Counted from the stretch's first letter, positions 27,401-39,222 are shown. The stretch is 64,000 nucleotides of DNA from Antedon mediterranea (GCF_964355755.1 NC_092677.1:2006101-2070100), one strand, 5' to 3'. The notes: a model not told the origin generated them from the sequence alone. Translations and numbers: made by a program.

Positions 27401-30400
27401 AAGCACTTTCTTCTGTGATTATTTTTATTCATGAAAACCCCATATTTTATTTACAGCGGCCACCTTACTGTGAAGAGATGAGAAAACTACACAGATTTTG
27501 ACCGACCATTTTTCATATGATAAAAGTTTTTAAAAATTGTCTGAAAATGATAAAAAATACTAAACCACCTGATTATAAATAATAATAGGCCTACAATTAG
27601 CTGGAAAATTGAGAGGCTCGTTTCGTTAAGAATATCGTATATAGCCATAATAAGTGATTTTGGCCCTTACCTCCCGTAAGGGGTCACCGCCCGTAAGCGG
27701 CCACTTTTCCAGGTCCCGAGGGTGGCCACTTACGGGAGGTTCAACTGTATTTAAAAAAACAATTATCCTTAGTTATGCATAGAAACAGGTTCAAAGATAA
27801 CATAAATAATACATTTTGACATAACTTGACCCTACAAATGACCCTTTCACAAGGTCGGACATTTTCTGGGATTCAGTAGATAAGTAAATTTGGGAAAAGG
27901 TAGTAAAGCTATGTAATCAATTGTTTGTATTCATGAAACCCCATATTAAAAATATTGTACTTAGTTACATATAGAAACAGTTGCTACAATACACTATAGG
28001 TAAAATGTTGATGTCATTTGACCTCAATATGTAAAATTTTTTTTTTTTCATGAAAACTCCATATTTAATTTTTTTTTTAAATATCATTAGTTACGTAAAC
28101 AGGTTTAAGATAACACTAAAGGTCATTTTTTTACCTTTATTCAGATTCGTCAAGACTTTCTTTCTGAGATTATTAGGATTCAGTATTTAAAGTAAATTTG
28201 GCAAAAAGTAGAAATGTAAAACTATGTAGAAAAAATGTTTTGTATTTATGAAAAACCCCTTAGTTTTGGAAATTTTCGCATAGAAACAGTTACTATGGTA
28301 AAATGTTGACCTCAAAATGAATGAATTTACAAGGTCAAGTTTGTCATTAATGGAATGCAGTAGAAGTAAAATTGAGAAAAATTACAAATGCAATCAATTC
28401 TTTGTATTTATAAAAACGCCATTTTTCACGTTTTTTTAAATTACTTTCCTTAGTTACACATAGAAATGGTTGCTAAGGTAACACTATAGGTAAAATATGA
28501 AAATTGTTGAGAATTGTTATGAACTATCTTGTAAATTTTGATCAAACATTAATAGTTGTAGTAAAGTGGGGACCTGTCCTGTTTTGCATTCTGACCCCTT
28601 TTGACCTCAAATGACCTATTTACAAGGTCAGATTTGTTGGGAGGTCTTTCTGTATCTCTTTACACAAAATAGATTTAAAAATTTATAAAAACCATTGACG
28701 CAATTATTTCCAAGTTTAACATTATTTTCCATCAACTTTCAATGCAAAATACTGTTTTTCTGGCAATTAATTGAAATAAACCTGGCAACACATTCTCCTA
28801 TTTTATCTAAACTATTCGTATGACTCTAGTAGCATTATGACAAGCCACATATACATTTTATTATTGGATTAGCCATATTTAAATTGTGTTTCATGTGTTT
28901 TGTTTGTTGATATTTTGTTATATTTTTTTTCTGGCAACACAAAACCTATGTACGAAATTTACCCCATTGTTTTTTTCGTGATTATTGCTGACAAACCTAT
29001 TGACTATCAAATTAAAAAACCTCATTGATTTAAAAACACCACTTTGGAAGTTATAGGTACGTTTATGAGGTATACTTTTATTAAAAAAATATTTTTTAAA
29101 AACACCCCTTTTTAAAATAATGGTATCAACCAAACTCCATTTTGTAATTTATTTTTTTCTACATTAAATGGAACTTCATACATGTTGTTTACACTGCTAT
29201 AAACAAAAACTGTATACTGCAAGTATATTTGGTTAAAATAAGTATACAAGTTTGTACTTTTTCACTATAGAAAATCTGTGAAAAATGGCAAAAACATCAA
29301 AATTTGGATAATTGACCGTTGTTATGGCAACGGAGGCTAAAAATTAAAATGAATGTTGTAGATATGCTTTTTATTGAAATGTCTATTCATGGTAAAAATT
29401 TGAGAGAAATCAGAGCATTCCTATCCAAAATACTCGTTCATGCTTATTTTTCATGATAACATTATTATACTGTATAAATAAATATAAATTTGTGCACTGA
29501 AGACTAGTGCTGTTCCGCCGTACCACGCCGAGAATGTTAAAGAGTCGCTATCCAATCGAGTTCGAACAATACCATGAAAGCCCCACTGGTCTAATGGTTA
29601 GGACATCTGCATATCAAGCAGGCGGTCCGAGTTCGAGTCTCGGTTGGGGCGACGTTTTCTCATTCTCACAGATTTCCTGTATAATTATATCTGTATAAAC
29701 ACAACAGAAAAAGAACATTTATTTTAAACCGCCCGGTGATATTTAATTAATTAATTAATTTGACACGATAAGATGAGGACATCTGTGAGAATGAAAAAAA
29801 AAAGATTCGAACACGGAACCTTCTGCTTCATATGCAGATGTCCTAAACATTCGAGCACTGGGGCTTCATGTTCAAACTGGATAGCGACTTTAACACTCTG
29901 GGCCTGGTACGACGGAGCAGCACTCCCTCAATATATAATTAATTATAGGCTAATTATAATTATTAACGTTTAGACCGTAAGTATACGGTACTTTCTACAA
30001 TAAATGATACAAAATAACAGTAACAACAAAGATCGTGCCAACCCTCAGCACTAACATTTCTACAAATTAATCAAATTCAAGAAAATTAAATAATTATGTT
30101 TAACACTACAGTAAGGCCTACAACTAATACTAGCCTTACAGATTGTATCAATATCAATGAAAAAAATTGTAAAAGGTATACAGTAAGATTTTTGTGTTGC
30201 TTTTTTCATATACAATGAAGTTGAAATCAATAACACTAAAAATAACTACAGTGATAAATAACATTAATTATTTTGTTTATATACTTGTATTGTTATTTAA
30301 ATATTAAAACGTGTTCAGTATTATAATTAGTTTAGACCGTGTAGGACCACCTATAGAATATCATATCATCACATTATCGTTACATTGTATATAGTACATT

Positions 30401-33400
30401 ATTACCCGCAGTACAGTTTAACTGATCTCCTATGGTATTTAAAATAAGAAAGGAATAGTACGTTATTTAAAATATATAAAATATTGTTATATAACTAAAC
30501 AAATCATTGCCTTCCTTTTTACTGTTAAATGGAAGAAATTCCTAATCCTAGGGACATGAAGCAGATACGAAATATATAAAGTAAGGAATATCATGGAAAA
30601 AAAGAAAAGGAACATCCGGGACAAAATATAGAAGACAAACAATACGTGGAACGCATGCACCAATGAACACCCGATATTTATTGCACTGAGATGGGTTATG
30701 AGAGACCTTTCTAGATTTCTTAAAGGGAAGATAAGAGAGATTTTGAGTCAGAAGTACATCTGACCGATGATGTAATTAAATGAATTGAAATTAAGATTTA
30801 TAAAAACGAATATTAATTTGGAATAAAAGCAATAGCGAAAATGACAGAGAACTGAAGAGAATTATGCACAAAATAATATAATAATGTAATGGTAAGGCTG
30901 TAATCAAATACTAATTACTCTTTCCGTTTTTCGAACGAGTCTTGCTTGATTGTGGTCGTTTTCTTTGGCCTGGTTTTTTTGCTGTTCCAGATGATTTTTT
31001 TTTTATTTTCATTTTTCCGTCAGTGGATGATATTGATGTTTTTGAAATGTTTGCGTTTAGTTGAACTCTCATGAACTTGGAGTATAGACGATTTCTTTCG
31101 TCATCTTGTTTCCCAGCCCAGATCGCATGCGCTACTACAAATTTTTTGTCTACAATATAATAATTCCCCTGTCCGTGTAGTGCTTGTCGCAACATCAGCG
31201 TACTGCAGCTGTACCACTTTGTGCAGGATGTCAACAAGTTCCGGTAGTTTTTTTGGTTGCCAATTAATTGCCAATTTCAATATGGGATTAATACTTTCAC
31301 AATTATTGTTTGTCCATTTTTTTGGAATTACCGTTTCTTTTCGGCGCGGAGAAAACACTTTTTCTTTTATAGTGGGTAGAAGTGTATATATAAAATAGTT
31401 TAAGAAACCAGGGGCTAATTGGTTTAAGTAGTATTAGGGCTTTCGAATCAAAATCCCTGTCATTTTCGCTATTGAGTAATTATCCGCAAATCATATTCAC
31501 TATCCTATTTCGTTTTTCTTTGCTAACCCCTTCTTTGTCCCTCAGGAATTGTATGATGTTTTCTTTTATATGCCGTGTGCATAATATGTGATGGGACGAA
31601 GGAAAATAAAACTTTATTGCCTTTACCAGCGCTTTCTCTTGGTCAGAACCAATAATTATGTCATCGGCCAGATGCACTTCAGACCGTTGCATTTAACTTC
31701 CCTTTTAGATGCACATCTATGAATTAAACTCAATTGAGGCAAACATATGTTATCTATTTTATTCGGGAACACATAACAACTTAAAACGACTTGGTTACCC
31801 CAATGTTATTTTAGGCAATACAATTCTTTTATAAATATCGTTAAATTAATTTTGAAAATATTGATAGAGAGACGCCCAGTTTCACTTCAACTGTACTACT
31901 GTACGATGAAAGCGAGGAGGTATGACGGTGATTAAATGGGAATTCCATCTCATTAGGGTCTAAATAATAATACCATAATACCACATTTTTATAGCGCCCT
32001 TTTCATGAGTAGTCATGCTCAAAGGCACTTTACAAGCATTATTACCCCAGTAATTTTTGGGATCAAACACGTATGGAAACATACTCCCATAATGCAGCCG
32101 GTAACCAGCGCAAAGTTGTGTCTAGATCTAACTGGGTACCCATTTATACACCTGGGTGGAGAGAGGCAACGTAAGTAAAGTATCTTGCCTACGGATACAA
32201 GCAATGCGGCGAAAGTTGGATTCGAACCTAGGTCTGACGATCGGTAGTCCAACGTCCAACACGCTGCGCCACACGCCCTAAAGCAGCTTTCCGCAAACTT
32301 CGCAGCCTAAAACTTTTGACTGGCCTCTCAGTGCTTTTCTTTATTCCACCCGTAGTTATGTATATTTTAATTAAGTATCATATTGTGCCCATAGTGTCTG
32401 TTATCTATTCATAATTGTTTACTAGGATATTATAATTCTTGTATAATCATATCAAAATTCTCATCGGAGTTATTACCATTACATAATAAATAATACTCAT
32501 TTTGATCACTGATTTATTCCTTCTAATTGTCATTGTCATTGTAGATTATATCCCCTACATATGTGTTGTGTTTATAAAAATATTACATTTTCTCTTTTTT
32601 TAAATTAGTTTTCAATTTTGTACATAATTAACCCTGTTATTTATGTTGTGTGTAGCCTGCAACAAATAAAAGAAAGTTATCAACAACTACTTTCATTGGA
32701 TTCATGAAATGATATTCCTTAACATTTCATTTAGAGATGCGAAGCATAAAAAAATAGTTATACTGAAGTTTTAAGCATCTATGTGAATACATGGACATTT
32801 TATTATTTCTAATTGTACAGTATATGGTAAATAAAATAAACTTTAAATAAACCTGTATTAATTTATCAAAGTAGAAAGCCCTATACTTAGTTACAATTGC
32901 ACATACAAAATGAATTAAATAAATGTATAGAGGGCAGCAATCAGAAAAATCGTTATTATTTAAATGCGCCCTCTATTCGTGAAATATCACAATTCTACAA
33001 TTTTTTCCGGTAATTTCCTGTCTTTTTTTCTGGTAAATAGTAATTTTTTTGGTATTTTCCGGTTTCTTCCGTTTTTTTCCCGGTATTTTTTGGTATTTTC
33101 CGTTTATTTTATATTTTTTCCGGTTTTTAGGCGGACCCCTGCACAGCATTTACTATTGCATTCGCTATATGCTGAGACATCAAGCCTCTAATTGTAAACC
33201 TAAAAACATTCCTCCTAGGCAATGATGGGTAAAGATGATTGTGAGTAAAAGACACTAGTGAGTTTTAAAAAAAGATTTAAGGTTAAAAAATCACTATTCC
33301 TAGAGCCAGACGGTGTCAGATGAAATCGGTCGCGCTTGAAATCGATCGCGTTTGAAATCGCTCGCGATAAAATCAACTTCCGGTATTTTGTATGGCGCGC

Positions 33401-36400
33401 CGCTAAAGCTATACTTTTGATGATATCGGTCGCGTTTGAAATCGGTCGCGCTATTTTGTATGGATCGAGCGGGATACATGCTAGAGCGGGATATACATGT
33501 TTCGTTTATATAGATTTAATTGATATTTTTTAGGAACTAGATTATTTATATGGATATTTTTTGCTTGGTTAATAAGTATTTATTATCAATCATTAAATTA
33601 ATTTTTTTTTTGTATTTTACAGGTCTCGGAGAAGGACTGTGTCTTTTCAAAATGGCCATTTTTAAACACGTTTAAATATTATATTAGGCATAATGTTATA
33701 TTAGGCATATAATAATTCCTCTATTTATGTACTGTAATTAATATATTATATAGAGAATATACGTATGTCGTGTCTTTTATTATGCAAACAATTACGTATG
33801 GTTTTAGGATATTAATAAAATTTATTAAAATATGTAGATAATATGCCGTTTTAAATCAATCTACCGGCCAACAGTATGACTATGATGTACAATGATAGAT
33901 GTGAGAATAATAATGTATGGATAATAAAGGTGGACACGATTCTCAAAGAGGTAATCTGCACTGATATTTAAACATTTAGATTTACGAACGGCGTAGCTGT
34001 GATCTACAGCGATTTTAATTGCTTTTGCTTATCCTTGCCTCCTTAGATTTCCACGTGTCTTGATTTTGTTACCTATGTTTTAAATGTATTTCGATTTTAA
34101 AGGTTAAATAAAGAATGAATGAATGAATGAACATGATCTCATAATCGCGTCGAGCATCTATAGCTCATTGGATCGTTTCACAAAAACACATGTAGGAGGC
34201 CTATAGGCCTATATACGTTTCAAACGTATGGTAATTAGCAATAGACGTCATCTTTACCTCACCATGGACAACGATCGTACATGTTTTGTCCATGATTTAA
34301 CACTAAATGCGTGTTTTTTATAAAGGGGAAACCCCGTCAGCCAAATAACGTATTGTTAGGGGAAACAGCTGCACGATCATAGAAGGCGCATCTCCACAAT
34401 ATAGCTTATTCGGGGGTTTATTTCAGTAACTCGCCTTTTAACCATCCGCATATAATGATCATTTTACTAAAAACTATTTTAAACATTAGAAATAAAAATA
34501 TACACGTGATTTGCCTCAACAATAATCATTATAAATACATAATAGAAAAATAACGCTTAAAAAAAGAACGATGTTTCGACTCCATCATGGAGTCATTATC
34601 AAGTCCAATATTTAAAAAAAACAACTAATTAAATAACACAAGCCAAGGGTCAAAGTTTAGATAACAAAAGACCTATAATCATTATACACTTAATATTATC
34701 CTACCTAACGGATAGAAATAAAATAGAAATAAAAATAAGGTTATCGAATAGTATGTTGTTAACAACATGGATATGATATAATAATTTTGCCTTTTCCATT
34801 GATTCTGTCAGCAATCGTCGAACGATATCTGATATGGTTTTTTTATATAATATTTTAAATTCTAAATATGACTGTTCATTAATATCACTATTTAGTTTAA
34901 ATGTTCCTGGTCGTACACGAAATAGACATTTATTGCATATTCCTTTTAGCCGTGTCGACTGTACTAAGAGGGGACTTTTTCATAGACTACCTTATACATT
35001 TAATAATCTAAATAGCAATCATATCGATATTTTTAATGATAGACTTGGTTATTTTAAGAGGACGATGATGTGTTCACTTCTTGAACAGCCTGCATAACCT
35101 GTTTTAATTGAAATTGTTTATGGCATGCCAATCTATGTTTTATATATATATATATATATTTTATCTGTATTTTATTGTTAACCGTTTTTGATGTTGTATT
35201 GTTTTATGTTTCAAACCTGTTAGTGGCGGTATTTATCGCTGTTGGTTTTGATTGAATAAAATAAAATAATCTGCCACAGTATGCATAAGTATAAAAATGG
35301 ATACACTGGCTTTACGGGCTATATTGTAAAAATTATTGTTTTTAAATAAATTGTTCTCTTTTACGTAATTGTTTGCATATTAAAAGACACGACAGACGTA
35401 TATTCTCTATATAATATATTAATTACAGCACATATAAATAGAGGTAAATTATTATATGCCTAATATAACATTATGCCTAATATAATATTTAAACGTGTTT
35501 TAGAAATGGCCATTTTGAAAAGACACAGTCCTTCTCCGAGACCTGTGAAATACAAAAAAAAATAATTTAATGATTGATAATAAATATTTATTAACTAAGT
35601 AAAAAATATCCACATAAATAATCTAGTTCCTAAAAAATATCAATTAAATCTATATAAACAAAACATGTATATCCCGCTCTAGCATGCATCCCGCTCGATC
35701 CATACAAAATAGCGCGACCGATTTCAAACGCGACCGATATCATCAAAAGTATAGCTCTAGCGGCGCGCCATACAAAATACCGGAAGTTGATTTTATCGCG
35801 ACCGATTTCAAACGCGACCGATTTCAGACGCGACCGATTTCATCGTAAACCAGCCAGACCACCATACCACTAAGCAAGCTAACCAGTCAAATGAAGCGGT
35901 GTAAATATAGTTTTACTGTATTTTGATGTTCAATTTGTTTATTATGAGCCATTTATCAGTAATTTTATTTTTGACCGAGGCCTATTTTATACAGATTTTG
36001 TAAATTGAAACGAAGTTCAGCATTTTTGCTGCCATTTGTTATTGTTTTATCTTTTTGAATAAATTTGAATAAATATCAACATATGAATAAATGTCCTTGG
36101 TTGGTATTACACGAGCTTCCCCTTTTTTAGACTAGGCCTAGGAGTAATTAGTTTAGTTAAGCCTCTAGGCTAGCTTATCTTTTTGATTTTTGATTGGATA
36201 ATTGATAAACTCCAACTGGACTGGAGTATCACTCAATGTGTGAGTAGAGGTTGAGGAGGGGAGAGCTAATCAAAAATTAGTTTGGAGAAGGCTTTAGTCT
36301 ATAATAATAATAATATAGACTAGCCTAGCTAGGCCTATACTTTCCTACTAGCCTAGTCTAGATAGAGGCCTACTACTAGGCCTAGGCCTAGCTAGAGCAA

Positions 36401-36705
36401 ATCAACCAAGCAAGAAGGTTAGCCCTATATGTCCACCTTTGAATGTTTGTCTAGCGGATCACAATACATACATACAGGCCTATGCCTAGTAGGCTGGCCG
36501 GGATGTTTTTAGGTCTTACTTAATTAGAAACCTAGGCCTAGGCTAGGCCTCTACTACTAGGCTAGAGAGAGGCTAGTTAGGAGATACTGTGTAAGCTAGC
36601 CTTATTTTATTAGTTAGGCCTAGATACTTTACCTTCAGTGTCAGTAGCCAACACCACTGTCGAGTGGTGGCAAAGAACTACTAATAGTAGGCTTAGAAGG
36701 AACAT
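15485..36705 (-). CDS. Single-pass type I membrane protein: signal peptide, 2 Ig-like domains, TM, cytoplasmic FAMeT-like beta repeats (13 exons, about 683 aa)
   Basis: GT-AG exons joined in phase with no stops, total 2052 nt: 36705-36633 (MFLLSLLLVVLCHHSTVVLATDTE, signal peptide), 25197-24883 (divergent Ig), 24486-24220 (Ig: TCSIDSSPKATCSW...DVGNLTC), 24002-23869 (TM VWFIFGIIGIIAIIVMAVILLIIFC), 23441-23378, 23233-23197, 21429-21257, 17212-17144, 17050-16975, 16834-16671, 16473-16370, 16278-16162, 15943-15485 (stop TAA). Both Ig exons are phase 1-1 as expected. The cytoplasmic domain call is inference. Confidence 0.8.
17290..20727 (-). mobile_element. Near full-length single-ORF non-LTR retrotransposon (APE endonuclease + RT; CR1-group, L2/Crack/Rex-Babar-like) in an intron of the receptor gene
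   Basis: ORF 20527-18188 has EN motifs (LTNVRSI, VVTETWL, LGDFN, TLDKI, SDH) and RT motifs (RPISLT, DFAKAFD, GVLQG, YVDD). The C-terminus continues in ORF 18248-17586 after one frameshift. It ends in an (AATA)n tail near 17290-17318 and has an imperfect flank duplication AAAAT(G/A)CAATC(T/C)TTT. Confidence 0.93.
22773..23170 (+). mobile_element. Non-autonomous Helentron/HINE-like element carrying a tRNA-like segment
   Basis: Starts ACTAG; subterminal IR ACCTCCGCC (about 22794) / GGCGGAGGT (about 23158); (ACAG/AC)n microsatellite; 3' stem-loop ACCTCC-TTGGC-GGAGGT; A/B-box-like TGGTGTAATGG...GGTTCAAGTCC at about 22923-22980. Confidence 0.6.
24715..24872. mobile_element. Palindromic MITE with internal TTGCGCAA repeats, 10 bp from a splice donor
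   Basis: ATGTTATGCGCGAT...ATCGCGCATAACAT terminal symmetry with repeated TTGCGCAATTT(C/T)AAATTGCGCAA inside. Confidence 0.7.
25846..29411 (+). mobile_element. TTAA-flanked non-autonomous DNA transposon (Kolobok-like), copy 1, right end truncated
   Basis: Begins TTAA|GAGCCATTGTCTGTAAGAATCAAAG. It is the reverse complement of 36887-37157 + 44502-44568 + 49776-52351, including a shared internal Tc1/mariner-like MITE end at 27670-27750. Confidence 0.75.
29580..29651 (+). pseudogene. tRNA-derived (Pol III A/B box) module, anticodon-like ATC, part of a repeat element
   Basis: Cloverleaf-compatible GCCCCAC...GTTGGGGC with TGGTCTAATGG and GAGTTCGAGTC. Near-identical flanked copies occur at 57285-57357 and 58727-58798, and a degenerate inverted copy at about 29800-29905. 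Confidence 0.65.
30911..31692 (-). pseudogene. MULE DDE transposase remnant (frameshifted)
   Basis: IGSDQEKALVKAIKFYFPSSHHILCTRH (second catalytic D and the CxxH motif), WTNNNCESIN (catalytic E) and C-terminal KKPGQRKR lie in separate frames. Confidence 0.85.
31965..32278 (-). mobile_element. tRNA-derived CORE-type SINE with L2-like tail
   Basis: Minus strand: tRNA head (TGGCGCAGCG...GGTTCGAATCC), CORE-like GGCAAGATACTTTAC...TGCCTCTCTCCACCCAGGTGTATAAATGGGTACC, tail GTAAAGTGCCTTTGAG...GGCGCTATAAAAATG and (TAT)n. Confidence 0.8.
33312..35851. mobile_element. Long-TIR (about 480 bp) non-autonomous DNA transposon, 8-bp TSD, GG..CC termini
   Basis: TSD AGCCAGAC at 33304-33311 and 35852-35859; 33312-33800 is the reverse complement of about 35360-35851; GAAATCGGTCGCG subterminal repeats. 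Confidence 0.85.
34790..35270 (+). mobile_element. 5'-truncated LINE 3' end nested in the long-TIR element
   Basis: RRTISDMVFLYNILN...RTRNRHLLHIPFSRVDCTKRGLFHRLPYTFNNL is a typical LINE RT C-terminus; A-rich tail. Confidence 0.7.
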
Positions 36706-37918
36706 TTTAAATACTGAATTTATCTTGTTACAAAAAAAAGGACGGACAAGAAGAACATTCATGAATAAAATGTCGATCGCTTCGTCGTGGTTTTTCGTCG
36801 AGAGTAGTTATGACGTTTAGGTATAGAAAATACAGATTGGCTACATTATTACACACATAGTCAATAGAAAGTAAACAGAGGGCGGACTATTGTCTGTAAA
36901 AATCAAAGATTAAGAAAAAAAATGGATTTCTCTCAAATTTTTACACCATGAATAGACATTTTAATAAAAAGCATATCTACAACATTCATTTTAATTTTTA
37001 GCCTCCGTTGCCATGACAACGGTCAATTATCCAAATTTTGATGTTTTTGCCATTTTTCACAGATTTTCTATAGTGAAAAAGTACAAACTTGTATACTTAT
37101 TTTAACCAAAATATTTACAGTATACAGTTTGTGTTTATAGCATGCAGTGTAAACAACTAGACTTGCCCCAAGTCTGTATTATCTTTTTTTTTTATTTATT
37201 TGTTTTTATTTCGACCGCGATTTTTGTCTGAAAATACAGACTTGTGAAACACGAATAGAAATCGATTTGCAGACCGCAAACGTCCGATAAGAATGACGTA
37301 GTTTATCATACCGTATTTGGCTATATGGGGCGGGCGGTATGTAAATATGAATTTCGAATCAACCAATGATCATTTTGTTTCAAAATGAAAAAGATCGAGT
37401 ACGTACAGTGCTGAATGTACGATCGAGACTGTTGAAATATAAAATCGTAATGCCAAGTTGTTTTGTTTATTAATTGTTTAGTCCTTGGCCAGGCCTCTTT
37501 CGTAGGTCCTACTCAATTCGCACGTATGACCTGCCAAATAAAACGCCAATAAAGTAGGCCTACATACCACCACCGGCGGCACACAACAACAGGGCTACAC
37601 CACCACACAGAACAGGGCAGGGTCTGGGTGGGAATTAAAATTATCTCCGCGAAATGATCCATTCAATGTTTGATTTGCGGAGAACTAGCCTATCATATCA
37701 AGACGAGTTTCCATGTTCTTGGGAAAAATCCCATCAAATGTTTACCAGACTACTAGGCATATAAAATAATTTCTAGCCTTCAGAAACTTTCATAAATGTA
37801 CCCACAAGTACACATTGTCTAACCGTAACATAGGGCATGCGCATCATCTTAGTTGTTGAGTCTTTGAAATTCTGAAATATGAATATTAAAACCAGATTAA
37901 AACTTAACTGTGTACGAG

Positions 37919-39222
37919 CATGGATTAAAGAATAGAAGGATATGCATCGACGGTGACATCAAACGATTTTACAACGCGCTTGCCTATACTAAAGCACTGC
38001 TGCCAATCAAACAAACACGTTCATTGAACTCCGTGTCTCTAACCGCGGCCCTCTGTAAAACGCTGCGAATCAACTGTTACATTTTTTGAGACCAAAACGT
38101 AACCATGTAGAAATCGTATGCGCAGTCTGAATGTTCTATTGACATGTCTGCGTCGATGATTAATTGATAACAAACATATATTGCTGAATAATTCTGTTTT
38201 AGTTTCATCACAATCGGACTACGAAAAGTTCACTTTCTTACGACTGGTAATTTTAGGTAGTTGGTAATATTAATAAAATATGCCATTTTTATATTTGAAT
38301 TATCATTATTTGCCTGCCATCTTCTGTCATTAAAAATTGCGTTAATCTATAGAATATTAAATTATGCATTTGACCATGTATGTTGTTAGCGTGGCCGGTG
38401 TTCAGACATACAACAATCGTGTTTTTTAATATATGGCTAAGCAGTGGTTTCTTCATAAATCTCCTTAATTATCGATGTGATTATATTTAAACTGTAGTGC
38501 CTGGTGATTGGCTAGTGGTTATGTCATCCACATCACATCCAATCACCGGGCCTAATTGAATGAAAACAGCGATCCCTGATCCGGGATTGGCTGGCTATGT
38601 ATAGTTGCGATTCGTTACCTAGCGGTCGTTTTGAAAAGTACACGCAGGGCAAACTTGATCACGAACAAACGAAGTAGGCCTACCTATTATTATTATTCAC
38701 ACAAGAAGTAAGACAACGGTGAGTATTTAAGATTAGCCTAGGCCTACCTAGGCAGTATCAATGTCGGCAAATCATAGGGTTTACTAGCCCAGTTTAGCCT
38801 AGTTAGTACAAGGCCTGGGCCTAGCTAGGCTAGCATTCTTGCTGATTTTGTAATTTTACAACAAATGAGACAACTAATAGTTATTGTCTCAGATGTAGGG
38901 CTACTACAGGTCATAAAATGCTACTTTAATCATCATAAAAAAATCATTAGCGTAGATCAATCGCGGCAGAAACCAACATAGTCAATAGTTGACCATCTAC
39001 AAACATCATGCCACCAAAGAACGCGCGAAAGAAGCGTAGTAGCCAACAAGGTTAAATGTCGTTGCACATGTGCAGTAAACAATATATTAGGCACGCGACC
39101 GTTTCGTTGTTACCATGCGGTTAATTAAACTGTAACATTGTGGGCGGTCCGCGGTCTGTCGGCGAGAGTCAAGGAACCCTTGATCTCACGTCGATGCATA
39201 TCCTTCTATTCTTTAATCCATG
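37919..39222. mobile_element. P-superfamily-like non-autonomous element (CA..TG termini, 7-bp TSD)
   Basis: 34-bp perfect TIR CATGGATTAAAGAATAGAAGGATATGCATCGACG; TSD GTACGAG at 37912-37918 and 39223-39229. Confidence 0.85.

Larger units (their letters stand above)
25385..33138 (-). mobile_element. Decayed Mutator-like (MULE) DNA transposon with nested insertions
   Basis: TSD CTGCACAGC at 25376-25384 and 33139-33147; about 120-bp TIRs made of CCGGAAAAA/ATACC repeats; encloses transposase fragments. Confidence 0.8.

Noticed and set aside
29580-29651. Functional tRNA-Asp gene
   Set aside because: Non-standard ATC anticodon with A at position 32, variable stems among copies, and long shared repeat flanks.
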